Positions 42,791 to 55,666 of a stretch of 64,000 nt of DNA are shown here, in pieces. The position numbers were made by a program, and so were the translations under genes. The stretch is from Cyanophora paradoxa CCMP329 (lineage: Eukaryota; Plantae; Glaucophyta): positions 124,001 to 188,000 of the forward strand of contig QPMI01000599.1 of assembly GCA_004431415.1 (NCBI GenBank), written 5' to 3'. Within the stretch, counting starts at the first letter, position 1; each line of letters starts with the position of its first letter. A model generated the notes under the pieces. That model saw only the letters and a program-made list of their open reading frames with translations. It was not told where the DNA came from and did no database searches.

Positions 42791-44290
42791 CTAGTGGCCC
42801 GGCCGCGTTTTGGCGCGCCGGGGGTGCAAGGGGGGAATCTGGATCTAATGAAAGAGTAGTAGTGGCACGAACATGCACGGGGCAGATGTAGATCGACCCC
42901 GGCCCAGCGCGCGCGGCAGGTTGAAGTAGTAAAGATAGAGACAGATTATATATGATTGTAAAGAGTAGAAAAGGGCTGTTAAGCAGACGCTGCGATCTAA
43001 CCGAATAAAGAAAAGCCTGAATGAACGGCCAGATTGAGCGCACTGTATATGAAAGATTGTTCTGGAGCGAAAAAACGTTGCGCATCATTTGTGTGCGCGC
43101 GGCCTACCGCTAACCCTGAACAGCTGGCTAAAAGATGATGGTGCTGTCTGCAGAGGGCTCGCCGTAAACATAGGCGATCCAGGCCTTCTGCAGGGGGTCG
43201 GGGCGGAAGTCGACCATGGGGGTGAGCGGCAGCCAGCGGCGCCGGTCATGAAGAGGGCCGTCTTGCGAGAGCATGGTGAGGCGGCCCGCCGCCTCGAGCG
43301 CCCGCAGAGCCACGCGGCTGGCGCGCTGCTCGAAGCTCAGTTCACGCCCCGATTCTCCCGCACGCAATGATCTCGCTTGCTCGCTGTTCAGGCGCTGCAG
43401 CTGCGGACGCGCCCCTCTTTGTTATTCGCAATTCGAGCGCTCGGTTTGCCGCTGATGCGCTCGCAAGAGCTGGTCAGCTTGCAAGACCGGCGGAGGCGGT
43501 TACGCGCGGGGCCGAGGCGACACTCGAGGGTGCGGACCGCCCGGCGCGAAGGGACAGCCGCCGGCCGCGGGGCGCCAACAACGTCCGCAGCGCTAGCGGT
43601 GCGGCTGCGAGCAGAGGCTGGATCGCGAGCAAAAGCTACGCGGTACGTATACGGGACACTCCGGCCCACGGGCCCGGGGCTGCGCGGGCGTCGATACACG
43701 TGCTGCGGTGCAAGCTTGATGCAGTGAAAAGTAGTCTAGGCGGCACGGATACCGTGCGGCGTACGCGGCGCAGTGCGAAGAAGTGAAAATCTAGGGCTAG
43801 AGGAGATCGAGCAAGACAGCTAGGGAGAAGTGGTTCCGTGCGGCGTACGCGGCGCAGTGCGACGAAGTGGAAATCTAGAGGAGATCGAGCATGACAGCTA
43901 GGGAGAACTCCAACGAGTCCATACAGAACCGCGCAACGAGCTAGCCGAAATCTAGAGGAGACAGCTAGCTATAGGGAGAACTGGTTCCATGCAGAATCGC
44001 GCAAGGAATTCGAAGACCGGAATGAGAGAGAAGTTGCCAAGTTGGTTTCCAGGCGTCAAGTCGAGGAAAACTGGTCTTCGCCCTCGAAAACCTCTCAGAG
44101 TCTTCTTGCATGGACGGCCGCAGCGACAAACACGTGTCGCTGCAACCGAATTTCGGCCCTTTTTTTCCCGCGTTGCAAACTGGACCTCGAAAACGGCCTC
44201 ATAGAAGAATTTTGGCTGAAGCAAGGGAACGGGTAGCAAGGGGGGGAAGACCTTCGGTCTTCTTTTCCCCCCTTGCAAAAAAGCTTTAGA
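42791..44290 (-). mobile_element. Probable non-autonomous Helitron-like element (1500 bp)
   Basis: The minus strand starts A|TCTAAAG and ends with GC hairpin CCCGGCGCG-CCAAAA-CGCGGCCGGG followed by CCACTAG|T. Subterminal inverted TGCAAGGGGG(G)AA motifs and internal tandem repeats at about 43752-44005. Confidence 0.6.
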
Positions 44291-44569
44291 TATTCATACT
44301 AGTACGTATACTGCGCATGCATATGCGCAAGATCTAGATCTAGTCTCTGAGATTCATTCTTATTTGTATCTTCCATTGCAATATTTAATCAATTGAGCTC
44401 TGCTGACGCTGGCTTGAGCTTTGTGAACCGTTGAATCGAATTCGAATGTGAACAACCCGCGCCGGGCTATAGCTGAGCTCACGTCGCGATCGGCCTATAT
44501 ATTCCCGACGGGCGCCAGTGTGCACGTGGGGCGCGCGGCTCGCTAAAGGATACTCTAATTATATAATGT

Positions 44570-44762
44570 CTAATTCTCGGATGGGTGGAGAAGGGCGGCC
44601 GGGGCGGCCGCGGGCGCTATGAGACTGGCGGGCGGCTCCGGCGGCGCGGGCGGGCGCTGCACGTGCCCGACGAGCGGGGGGAGGGAGGCTGGGGCGCGGC
44701 GCGGCCCCCTCTCGTCCACTCCCCCGTGGACAGCGACGGGGAGGCCCGCGGGCGACCGCGGC

Positions 44763-44801
<39 letters not shown>

Positions 44802-47800
44802 GGCCCCGCGTCGATATCGATGCTAGCGCTGGCCTGCACCGCGGCCGCTGGAGCTGCCGGTCGGACAAGAGCTGCTGACGCCGGCGGCGCCTGGGGATCC
44901 CCCTCGCCGAGACCGGTGCCAGCTGGGGAGTTCGAGGCGCCGTCGACATGGCGGCTCGCGATCGGCTCAGCAGCCTCAGCTGGCTGGGCGGGGTCCCCCC
45001 GCGTAGTCTCCGGCGCCGCGGCCTCTGCGGTGGTGCCCTCATCACGCGCCGAGCCGTCGCCGCCGGCGTTGGCGTCCGCGCCCGCATCCACGTTCAGGCG
45101 GACCGCCGCGAGGAAGGCGCGCTGCGCGCCGGGCGCTTGGGTCAGAAGAGCGAGGGGGCCCGGCCGCGGCCCGTGGGCAAGATCTAGAGGGCCGGGAATG
45201 CCGGGGAAATGTCGACGCCCACGGACCTGCTGCCCGAGCTGCAGGCGCCCGCGCTTCCAGTTGTACACCGCCCGGCGGCCTTCCCTGCGCGGCGGCCGTC
45301 AGCGGGAGCGGCGCCCCGCCGGGGCCGCGGGGCGGACTCGAGGTGGGGGAAGGCCTCGGCGAGCTCCGCGGCGCCGAGGCTCCGGAGGAAGCGGTTGACC
45401 GCCCTGCCGGCCGCCCCCGTGAGGCGCGGGCAGCTGCAGGGCGGCGAGGCCGGGGCCGGGGAGGAGCGGGGCGGGGCGGGCGGGGCGGGGCGGACGGGAG
45501 GGGCAGGCGGAGGACGCGGGCGTCGGAGGCGGCGAGCAGCGCGAAGTGGTTCCAGGGGGCCCGCCCCGCCGGCCCGCCCTCCCCCTGCGCATGCGGCCGC
45601 GGCCGTCGCCCAGGGGTCGGACGCGCGAGGGCGCAGGCGCCGCTCGGCGCGGGCCGGGCGGCGGGGAGCCGGGGCACGGGTACCGCGAGGCGGGCGGAGG
45701 CGGGCGCCAGCAGGACGTTCGAGGCGTCGGTGAGCTCCCCCTGCAGCGCCGCCGCGTCATGATCAGAGGCCGGCGAACTCGAACGAGCGTCGAAGTCGGG
45801 GAGGGCCGGCGGCAGGGACCTGCTTGAGGGCGCCGAGGGGGTGCGGCCTGCGCGCCGGCGGCGTCGCGCGTGTGCGGTCGCGCGAGGCTCGAGGGGCGCG
45901 CGGGGGGCCGGCCGGGGTGCGCGCACTTCCCTTCGAGGCCCGTGCGCTCCTTCGCCAGCGCGCCGGAGAGGACGAGGTTCAGGTGCGTCGCCGGCGTGTC
46001 CTGCTCGCGGGATCGGGCCGGAGCGGCCGCCGGGGCGGCCGCCGACCGCAAGCTTAATTCATAGGGGGCGCACCTGCCCGCAGAGCGTGTCGCCCTTCCT
46101 GTACTCCTCAACCGTCGCTGCGCATGCGCGCCGGTGAGCCTTCCGAAGGGGGCGCGGGTGAGCAGGCCGGGGCGGCCGCGGGGGCGCGGGCACCGGCGGC
46201 GGCGAGGGCGAGGAGGGCGGCGTCGGGGCCGGCGCGGAAGCCCTCGAAGCGGCGGAGGAGGGCGGCGATCTCGGCCGGCGTCCGCGCTGGGCCCAGCGGC
46301 GCCCCCGCCTCCCCCGCCTGGCCCGCCCCCGACTTAGAGGGCGACGGCGATCCGAGTGCGAGCGCAGAGGCGAGGCGGGGGCGCGGTTGCCTGGTTGAGG
46401 AGGTGGCTGAACGCGCCGCCCGCCTTGGCCAGCTCCTGGAACGGGCCTTTGGACCCGTCAGGCGGGGGCGGCTGCCCTGGAGGGGAGGCGCACCGCGCTC
46501 GACGACGTGTCCCTTGTCGAGGACGATGATCTCGTCGCACTTCTCCGCCGCCGCCAGCCTTTTATTCACCCAGGGCGCAATCACGAATTTTCGCAGAGCT
46601 TCCGCGACACGCGACGATCGCGAGCTGCGGTGGCGGACCTGTGGGTGACCTGGATGACGGTCATTCGCCTGGAGGCCTCCTCCAGCATGGCGTTGATGCG
46701 CCGCTCCGACTCGGCGTCCAGCGCCGACGTGCACTGCCCCCGCCTCGAGCTCGGCGAGGGCGCGCGCGCGAAGAGCTCTGGTGGAGGGCGCACCTCGTCG
46801 AGGACGAGGATCTTGGGCTCGCCGATGAGGGCCCGCGCGATGCAGATCCGCTGCTTCTGGCCCCCCGACAGCGACTTCATGCTGCGCGCGCGCGGCGCTG
46901 GGCGGTGAGCTCGGTCCGCCCGGCGCGCGTCGGCGGGAGGAGGCCTAGGAGGGCCGGGGCGCACTTGATGGCGGTGTTGTATCCCTCGGGCAGCTCCGAG
47001 ATCACGTCGTGGATCTGCAAGCGTATACGTATATATGAGGGGAAGGGCGGAGGAATTCGAAGTCGGTTCGAGGAGGGGCACGTGAGCGAGCACGTATGCG
47101 TCTGCTGGCCACGGCGGACCTGGGCGAGCGTGGCGGCGGCGACGACCTCGTCGTCCGTGGCGCCGGGCTTGCCGATCGCGATGTTCTGCCGCGCCGTGTC
47201 GCTGAAGATGAAGGCGCTCTGCGAGGGCCTCAGAGTCGAGGGCGTCAGGGCGGGGCCCGCGGCCGGCGGGGCGGCGTCGAGCAAGCCGAAGCGGGCGGGC
47301 CTGCTGGACGACGCGGACGTGGTGCTTCCAGACGGCCCGCGGGATCTTGTGCAGCTTCACGCCCCCGTACGTGATCTGCCCTCGAAGTGAGCGCCGCTTC
47401 ATGATCACACCGCTGCAATTGTTTCACGCGATGCGACGGGGGCGGACCGTCCCCCGCGTCGGGCGGTAGTTGCGCATGAGGATACCGAGAAGGGTCGACT
47501 TGCCGCAGCCCGAGCCGCCCACGATGCAGACCGAGGTGCGGGGCTGGATTGTCAGGGACACCGAGTTCAGGACCTGACCGCGATCGCGATCGCGCGCCGC
47601 CCAAATATTAATGAGCAATAACCGAAAGCACAATTGCAAGCTCAAGAGCGAGAAGAAATCCAAATTAAAGGACCATGCGGGTGTCGAAGGAGCGGTAGGC
47701 GAAGGAGACGTGCGCGCAGCTGATGGGCTCCACCGCCCGCCCCTCGCTCATCGGCCCCGCCCCGCCGCCCTCCGCCACGTGCTCCCCACGCCCCTGGCGT

Positions 47801-50800
47801 CGGAAAGAAGGCGGCTCGACGAGGAGGCGAAGGAGCAACAATCGGAGTTGTCGTTTGGGCGAAGCAGACGAAGCACCTTGCGCTTGGGTCCTCGCACGCG
47901 CAGCGCCGCCTTGGCCGTTTGCGGGGCGACGTGGTCAGCGCCCTCGTCGTCCTGAGAGCGGGCAATGATCATTGAATTTGAACCCCGACCCGCTCTGCCC
48001 GGGCGCCAATCGCAAGTAAATCCGCGCACCAGGTCTACTATGCTGGTAGTGCCTACAGGGGCCTCCGGATCCGACTCCGGAACCGAGGCCGTGGCTTTCT
48101 TCGTTGCGCTTTTGGAACCGGTGCTCTTGCTCTGCAGCCGGAATGTGCTCGTGAGACGCTATCGATGGCCATGGCGTTGGCGGAAGAATGCCGCACCTGC
48201 TCGGCCGAGGCCTCGGCGAGGATTTCCTCGTCCTCGGGAATGAGGAGGAAGGCGCAGATGCGCTGCGAGGCGGCAGGCCGGCATGAGCAGGCCGCCCACG
48301 CACGCACTCAGGCGGGTGAGCTCGAGGCGGCGGGGCCGCGGGGACCTGGAGGGGGCCGGAGCCCTTGGTCACCTCCGGCAGCATCGTCACTGCCGCGCAT
48401 TCACGTGCGCGAATATTTGATGGACGGCCGAATTAAACGTCGATCGCGAATTCGAACCGATAGTTGCGGATGCGGATCCCACTGCGCGCTCTCGCTCAGC
48501 CGAATCCGGGGCGGGGCGAGGATGCGGGCCCGGGGGCCGGGGCGCGCACGGGTGGTGACGTTGAAGTAGATGGCCGCCAGCTGCCCCTTGCTGATCGCCC
48601 CCTGCAGAGTCAGAGTCAGAGTCAGAGTCCGAGCGCGCGCGCGAGGGCGAGGCGGCCCCAGGCCCGGGGCGCGCACGCGGAGGGCGAGGTAGCCCATGAC
48701 GGAGAGGGTGGCCCCCTGCAGGAACTGGTTGAAGCAGATGATCGCCATCACTGCGCGCCGGCGCCTCAGACGAGGCGAGGCGGGGGGCGGCCGGCGCGGT
48801 GCGTCGGGAGTGTCGGCGAGGCGGGCCGGACGCGCCGAAGATCATGGAGTGCATGCGGAGGCGGAAGAGCGCGTCCGTCGTCACCGCCAGCGAGGCCCGG
48901 AACTGCCCCAGCTGCCGATCCGGACCCGGGAGCGGGTCAGGATCGCAAGCAATGCGTGTAGGACTCCCGCGGGACTCGATCACCGTCTTCTCGCTCAAGC
49001 CGTAATCGCGGATGACCGTGGCCCCCATGACGACCTGCCCGAACGAACGCGGGGCGGGAATAAATTTTAAGAGAGACGCCATCGATATCGATACACTCAG
49101 AGATGGCAATGACCTCCTTCACGACGGAGAGCACGCCCGTCATCGCCTTCTGCTTGTCCGACGACGCCTGCGGCCGCCCGGGCCGGAGGCCGGCGGGTCG
49201 GCGCTGGCCGTGAAGAAGCCCGAAGGCGCAAGGCGGGCTCGCTCGCACTCGGGCAACGGCGGTGTTGTGCGTCCGTTGCGAGAGGACGATTGCGAGTTGA
49301 ATGACGATGACCACAGGGGCGATCTGGCGGCAGATTAGACGGGGCACCCAGGACTCTGACAGGAACTGTACATGCATGTACAGTTATCGATAGCTATATA
49401 GATATTAATGATCTTAGCTTGCTGCAATTAATTGCTTCGGGAGTACTATTACACAGAAAAGCGCGCGCCCTGTAGTCGAGGGAGACCATAAGCGCGACCT
49501 GATCACGAGGCGTGCAACGTGCACGGTCAGTGCGGCCACAGAATGACGAGAGGCGCGTTCCAACGGGGGCGGGCCTGGAGGGAGAAGGTGGCGACGGCCT
49601 GGATCATGCGGAACACGGACGCCAGCGTCGGCTCCAGCGCCCACACGTCTGCCGATACACATCAGGGGGGGGGGGGGGGGGGGGAGGGGGGGGGGGAGGG
49701 GGAGGGGGAGCCGGGGGCACCGCTGGCGAAGTAGGATAGGAGGGAGCCCTCGTCGGCGTCCCGCAGGTACGAGTCCGGCATCGAGAGGAGGTGCCGCATC
49801 AGCTCCACCTGCCGGGGCGAGGGGAGGGGAGGGGAGGGGCGGGAGGGGGAGGGGAGGGAGGGGAGGGGAGGGGAGGGGAGGGGGAGGGGCGCGGGGCGTC
49901 GTCAGCCGATGTGTTTGGTGTGCAGCTCCAGCTCTAGATCGGGACCGGCAAGCAGCGGCGCCACCTGCAGGTCCTCCAGGGTCTTGGCGATGACGAAGCT
50001 CTGTATGTACGCTGCGCACGTTCGTCTTAGAAGGAAGCGCGCGCGCTTGAAAGAGCTCGGGATCCGGGGGGGCGCGAGGGTGCGGACAGAAGGCGTGGGT
50101 GCCGACGATAGAGGCGGCGCCGAAGGAGGCGAGGAGGACGACGTACTTGCGCAGCTCCGCCTCGTCCCCTGCGCGCCCGAGCCGCGAGCGCGGGGGCGCC
50201 GGCTCCGGATCAGCGGCGGGCAGAGGGCCGGCAGCGGGGGCGGGGGCGACGCGCCCTTCTCCGCCGCTTCGATGACGCGCTCGAAGGAGAGGATGAGGAG
50301 GGCCTGCGGAGGGGCGCGTGAGGCACGCCAAAGGGACTCGAGGCATTGCGCATGCGGGAGCGGTCGCCTGCATGGCCAGGTGGCAGACGAGCCCGAGAAT
50401 GGAGAGCTGTCGAGCGCACGAGCTCAGCGCGCGCGGTGCCCTGCGCGACCGGCGAGGGGTCTGGGTCCGGGCGGGGGGGCGGACGGCGATGCGGGCCGGG
50501 TAGGCGCCCATGAGGCGGAAGGCGTTGGTGAAGACCCAGAGGAGGCCGCGCCGCCGCCCGTCCACCCGCCCCTCCACCCACCCCCGCCACGCCCTGCCCC
50601 CGCCCCCGCCCACCGCCTCAAAGGAGGGCACGTGCACGGCTCTAGATCTAGATCTGGCGACGCCGCGGCGACGGCGACGGCGCGCACCGCTCCAGGTGCT
50701 GGACGCGGAAGGCGCTGCGCCCCGGCAGGAGGGCCCCGCTCTCTTCCCACAGCACCGGCTCGCGATCGTGCTCCAGGGCCTGCCGGGGGGCGCCTCAGCT

Positions 50801-52385
50801 GCAGGGGCGCCCGGCCTGGGCGGGAGCGAGGGGGCCAGGGGGCGCGCGGGGGCCGCGCCTCGGAGGGGCCGATCTGCTGCCGCGCGTGTCGCAGTAGCTC
50901 CCCCGAGAATGTCTTCGGGTGCCTGCGGACTCGAAGCCCTCGCGCTTGGCCGCGTGCACGAATTTGAAGCGAGGCGTGGAGAGGCTGCGTGGGCGCACGC
51001 GGCGGCGAGAAAGGAGACGAAGGAGGTGGCGAGGAGGCGGTAGCAGCCGGTGTTCCGCGCAGTCGGGCCCGAGAGGATCGAGAGGAGCGAGTTGGGGGCC
51101 GCCCCGCCCGGCCCCTTCGATTCGGGCTGCGCCGCGCCGGGGCGGCCGGGTAAGCTAATTATATAAGTAGTTCGGGCGCGTCGGTGGCCGGAGCGGCGGA
51201 CCGCGTCGTCCTTCCCGCCGCTTTTCCCCTTTTCTGCATCCGTGGCGGCCCGCTGCCCCGCGGCCGGCGCCCCGCCCAGGCCGCCGCCCCCCGCGTCGGC
51301 CGCGCCCGCCCCGCGCGACGCCGACGCCGACTCCCGCAGCGCGTTCAGAGCGGCGGTGTTCATGTGGAATTGCTCCGCCTGCAAATAATAAAATTAGAGG
51401 AAGCGGAACGCGGGCGGGCCGCGCGCGCCTTGGCCATGCTCTCGAGGTGGAGGCAGCCGAGGGTCCCGTCGACGAGCCAGGCCCACTGCGGCGGCGGCGC
51501 GCTCGTCCCCAGCAGGAACTGGCTCACCACCGCTGCGCGCGCTCCAGTTACAATTTTGCAATTGCAAGCCCCAGCTGGGCCCGGCGGCCAGCGGGCAGGA
51601 TGCAGATCTGAAGGGCGCCGGCGCGCCTCGGTCGATGAGCTCGTAGTCGCGATCGAAGTCGAAGCCGCTCGAGTAGGCCCGCGCGTACGCGGCCGCCGCC
51701 CCGCCCTGCGCGGGTGGAAGCTGTAAAAAAAATGGGGCGGCAGCAGGCCTAAGGGGCGGGCCCCCGCGGGCCCTATAGCTAGCTAGACCTGTCCGGCGCC
51801 GCACCTTCGGGGGGTTGAGCGGAGGCCGGGCCCCGGGGGGCGAGATGTGGAGGACGAGGGGGAAGGAGCAGGCGGGCTTGAGGCCGAGCCGGGCGAGCCC
51901 GCCGCGCAGCTTCGGCAGGCGGCGCCCCAGGCGCGCCACGACCTCGCTCGGGAGCGGCCCCTCCTCGCTCACCAGCCTGCGCGCCGCGCGCGAGCGCGCA
52001 AGTGCGTCTTCATGCCAGAGGGATGGGCCGGGGCATTTCCCGGCAGGCGGCGGGGCGCGCGGGGCACCTGAACTCCCCATGATCGCCCAGCTCGACGGTT
52101 TCCGGCGGCGCGCTTGTACCGGCGCCGGCGCCCCCCGTCTCCGGATCCAAAGACGAGGCGGCCGGGGCCTCGCCATGGCCAGGCGCCGGCACGTCGCCCG
52201 CGGCCGCAGCCCCCGAGCGCACGGAGAACTGCGGAGGGAGGGCGTCAGCGCGGCAGGCTTAGGCGTCGCGCAAGGAAATGTGCGCATGCTGCGGGTCCGG
52301 GGCGCGCGCGTGCCTTGAGCTGCGCATGTTCGAGCTCGTGGACGAGGACAGTGGTTCCTGCATGCGCAGCCGCGTCGGAAGCCAT
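44570..52385 (-). CDS. ABC half-transporter (TMD + NBD) with C-terminal cNMP-binding-like domain; multi-exon, start approximate
   Basis: Walker [12 protein letters not shown] (~47500), LPEGYNT, signature [36 protein letters not shown] and [13 protein letters not shown]. Hydrophobic TMD exons at 48550-50550. Downstream [25 protein letters not shown]...GEL. Confidence 0.85.
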
Positions 52386-52853
52386 GGCGCAGCTGCAGCT
52401 GGCTCCGGCGCTCTGGATCTAGTAATTGAAGGCCGCGGCGGCGGCGCGGCCGCGGGGTCGACGTCCGACGGTCGCCCTGCCCCTCGCAATCACTGGGCAA
52501 TTCAATGCAATAGCTACAGCTAGCGAGCGCTGCCGCCGCTGTGCAAGGCACTGCAAGCTGCCGCGCAACTAGTACTGCTTTGCGCGCGCAGCCTGCCGCG
52601 CCGCAGCTGCAGCTGCAGTGCTCTCAAGGCTGCATGCAATACCGCTGCAGCACCGTATACGTAGTACCCCCCGAAGTTCCCCAAACAGCGCAGGGGGGTA
52701 CTGCAAACCGTCGTTTGATCCGGAAGGTTGGCGCGCGGCCGTTACATGATTACAAATTTAAATCTATGATTATCCGATCATCATCGCGATTGTGCACGTG
52801 GAAATGATGGCTGCGCATGCAAGCGCTAGTTTTCTTGAACCGGCACTGCGGCT

Positions 52854-55666
52854 CTACCCCTGCTCGGCGTCGCTGCCGCTGCCGGCGGCGGGGCGGGCGG
52901 GGCGGGGGCAGCGGCGGGAGCGGCAGCGGTGGGGGCAGCCGGCGGGGAGGTCGGCGAGGGCGCGGGCGAGCTCGAGGACGAGCCGCGGGCAGCCGCGCGC
53001 CTCGGGGCCCTCCAGGGGGCCCAGCAGCGCCCGGAAGTCCGCGCTCCGCACCGCCGCCTTGCGCGTCTCCACGGCGCGCCGCAGCGCCAGCGCCCGCAGC
53101 CGCCGGTCCCCCAGCTGCTCCGCCACCGCCAGCGCCTCCACCGCCACCCCGCCCTTCGCGCACCCGCGTGAGCGGGCGGGCACGGGCGGAGGGGGGGCGG
53201 GCGGCGGGCGGGGCGTGCGGCGAGGGCGGGGCAGCGGGCGAGGCCCTTGAGGGCGCGGCGGACGAGGCGGGGCGAGTCGAAGTAGTGCGCCGCCCGCGCC
53301 AGGTCGAGGTGCGCCCGCGCCCGCGCCTCCTCCGCTGTCACCCCGGGCGCTGCCGCCCCGCCTCGCCGGCGCGCGGGGGTGGCGCGGAGGGGACCGCGGC
53401 CGGCCGTGGGGGCGCGCACGCAAGTTCTCGGGCTTGATCTCCGAGTGGGGCACACGAAGCTCGCCCGTGTAGCAGAAGCGGACGAAGGTTCGGACGGTGT
53501 CCGCGTCGAACTCGTTCACCTGCGGGGGTGCAGGGGTTCAGGGGTACAGCGCCGGGCGGGGCAGGGTCGGCGCGCGTTGACGATGCCGCTCTGGGCCTCG
53601 GTCATCCCCGCGGCGAGCATGGCGCGGAAGTAGTTGCTGTGGAGCTGCGGGGGCCGGGGTCGGCTCGAGGGGGGTACGGCGTCGCTCTACCGCGCGGGTA
53701 CGGCGCGCGCGCCTGGAGGAAGAACGCGTGCGCCCTGAATTCGATCGGCGCCGGCGCCGCTTCGGAGGGCTGGGGTTCACTAGCGCTCTGGCCGGGGGTA
53801 CCGCCTGGCGCAGCGGGTACGTGAGAGGGGATGGGGGCAGGCCAGAGGCCGGGGTACGGCGCGGGAGCCGCGGACCGGGCCGGGGGTGGACGCGCAGGGT
53901 CACGTCGGGGGGTAGGAGGCCGCGGGCGCTCGAAGGGGCGCCCCCCGAGAGCACCTCCTCGAGAAGGGCGACCTGGAAAGGGAAGGGGGGTACCGTGAGA
54001 AGAGCGGATGGCCGGGTGCGGGCTGGGGGCGGCTCGCCTGGGCGGAGAGGGCCGGGTTCGCGCCGCCCTCCTGCGTCTCCTGCAGCGGGTGCCGCGGCCC
54101 CTGCCGCCCCCTCGTCGGCCTCGGCCCCTCGCGCGCCGGCGGCGAGCGGCGAGCCCGGGGCGCACCACGGCGGGGGGTACGCTGAGCTGCAGCGGGCTCT
54201 CCTCCTCCCCTCCGTCGACGTTCTGCAGGGGATGGGTACGGATCGGCGGAGCGGGGCCGGGGCCGGGAGCCGGGGGCCTGGGTCCGGGGGGCGAGGCTCG
54301 GGGGCGCACGGTGTTGTCGAGGCGGGTGAAGCCGGGGCCGCGCCCCTGGATCCGCAGCCGCTCCCTGCAGGCCGCGAAGCTGCGCCACGCGTCGGGCTCG
54401 CCCGCTCGAGCGCCTGCCCGGCCGGCCCGGTCGGTCCTGGACCGGAGCTGGCGCACGTGGTGTTGCGGACGCAGCCGGCCTCGATGACGTCGCCCCGGGG
54501 GCCCGTGAAGGCGACGCCCACCGCGCAGCCCCGCACCACGCTCTCCGCCACCTGCCCGCCCCCCCACCCACGTCGGCCCCGGCGGGGGCGGGGGCGGGGG
54601 CGGGGGCGGGGGCGGGCCTGGACGAGGCAGGTGCGGTGCCTGAAGCTGACGCCGTGGTTGCAGGCGGAGATCTCGCTCCGCCTCACCTCCACGATCGTGC
54701 ACGGCAGGTCGCACACCACCCCGTGCTGCGCCCCCGCCCCGCGCCCCTTCAGCGCCCCGCGGGGCTCCGGTGGGCGGCCGGCGGCGCGCCTGGGGCCGGC
54801 AGCCGGCGATGCGGCACGCCTCGAACGAGAGGGCCGACTGGAGGGGCGCGGCGGGCGCGGCGGGGGCGCGCCCGCCCTCCGACGAGGCGGCGAGCACGCC
54901 CACGGAGCCCTGCCCGTCCACCACGCAGTTCTCGAAGCGCCTGCGTGCGCCCCTCGTCGGCCTCCGGCGCGCGCGCATAGAGGGGGCGGCGCCTGCAGCA
55001 GCGCCCGCGGTCACCAGGTGCAGCCTTCGCCCATGAGCAGCGTGCTGCCGCACAGCTCCAGGTTCTTGAACGTGACCACCGCCTGCGCTGGGATCAGGGC
55101 CGAGGAAGGCGGCTGGGGCGGCGGCTGCGCTCACGGAGTTGCCGCGGACGAGGAAGAGGGCGCGGGTCGGCGTCAGGGACTGCAGGATGGTCGCGTTGTC
55201 GGGGTCCCCGACCACCACGACGGTGCAGTTGGACGCCTGCGCCCCGCGCGTTCGGGGCGGGCGCTCGTCGCTCGGGTGCGCGGCGCCAGCGTCGCACCTG
55301 CAGCGTCGTGCGGCCGGGGAAGACGTGCGTCCCCGCCGAGACGCGGATCTCGATGCTCCCGCGCAGCCGGCGCGGGTGGTCGCGCTTTGCCTTCTCCCAC
55401 GCCTGACGGCCCGCGGGCGGCGTCATTGCATCCGCTCACGCGCTCCAGTAGCCCGCAGCCTAGCCGCGCACCGCCGCTACGGTCGGGAAAGCGTTCTTGC
55501 CGTCGCCTCCAGCTCGAACCCAGTACGTCGCGATCTGCACGGGGACCCGCTCAGCGACAGCTGCGACGCGTGCAGCTTCTATGCGCTCGGCTGCTGGCGC
55601 AGCGGCGCGCACCGATCCGTTCGGCGAGTCGTGCCGCGGGGCCTTTGGGCCGCGCCGCCGCGGCAT
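52854..55666 (-). CDS. Right-handed beta-helix (pectin-lyase-like) plus BTB/POZ domain protein, multi-exon
   Basis: BTB: DVTLRV, EFRAHAFFLQ-LHSNYFRAMLAAGMTEA, DADTVRTFVRFCYTGEL, LARAAHYF. N-terminal beta-helix-like repeats FENCVVDG, FEACRIAGC, VRRSEISACNHGV, VAESVVRGCAVGV. Confidence 0.8.

Noticed and set aside
49664-49890. Poly-G / GGGGA tracts as functional elements
   Set aside because: They lie in introns of the ABC gene and match the C-rich intron composition seen throughout the host.
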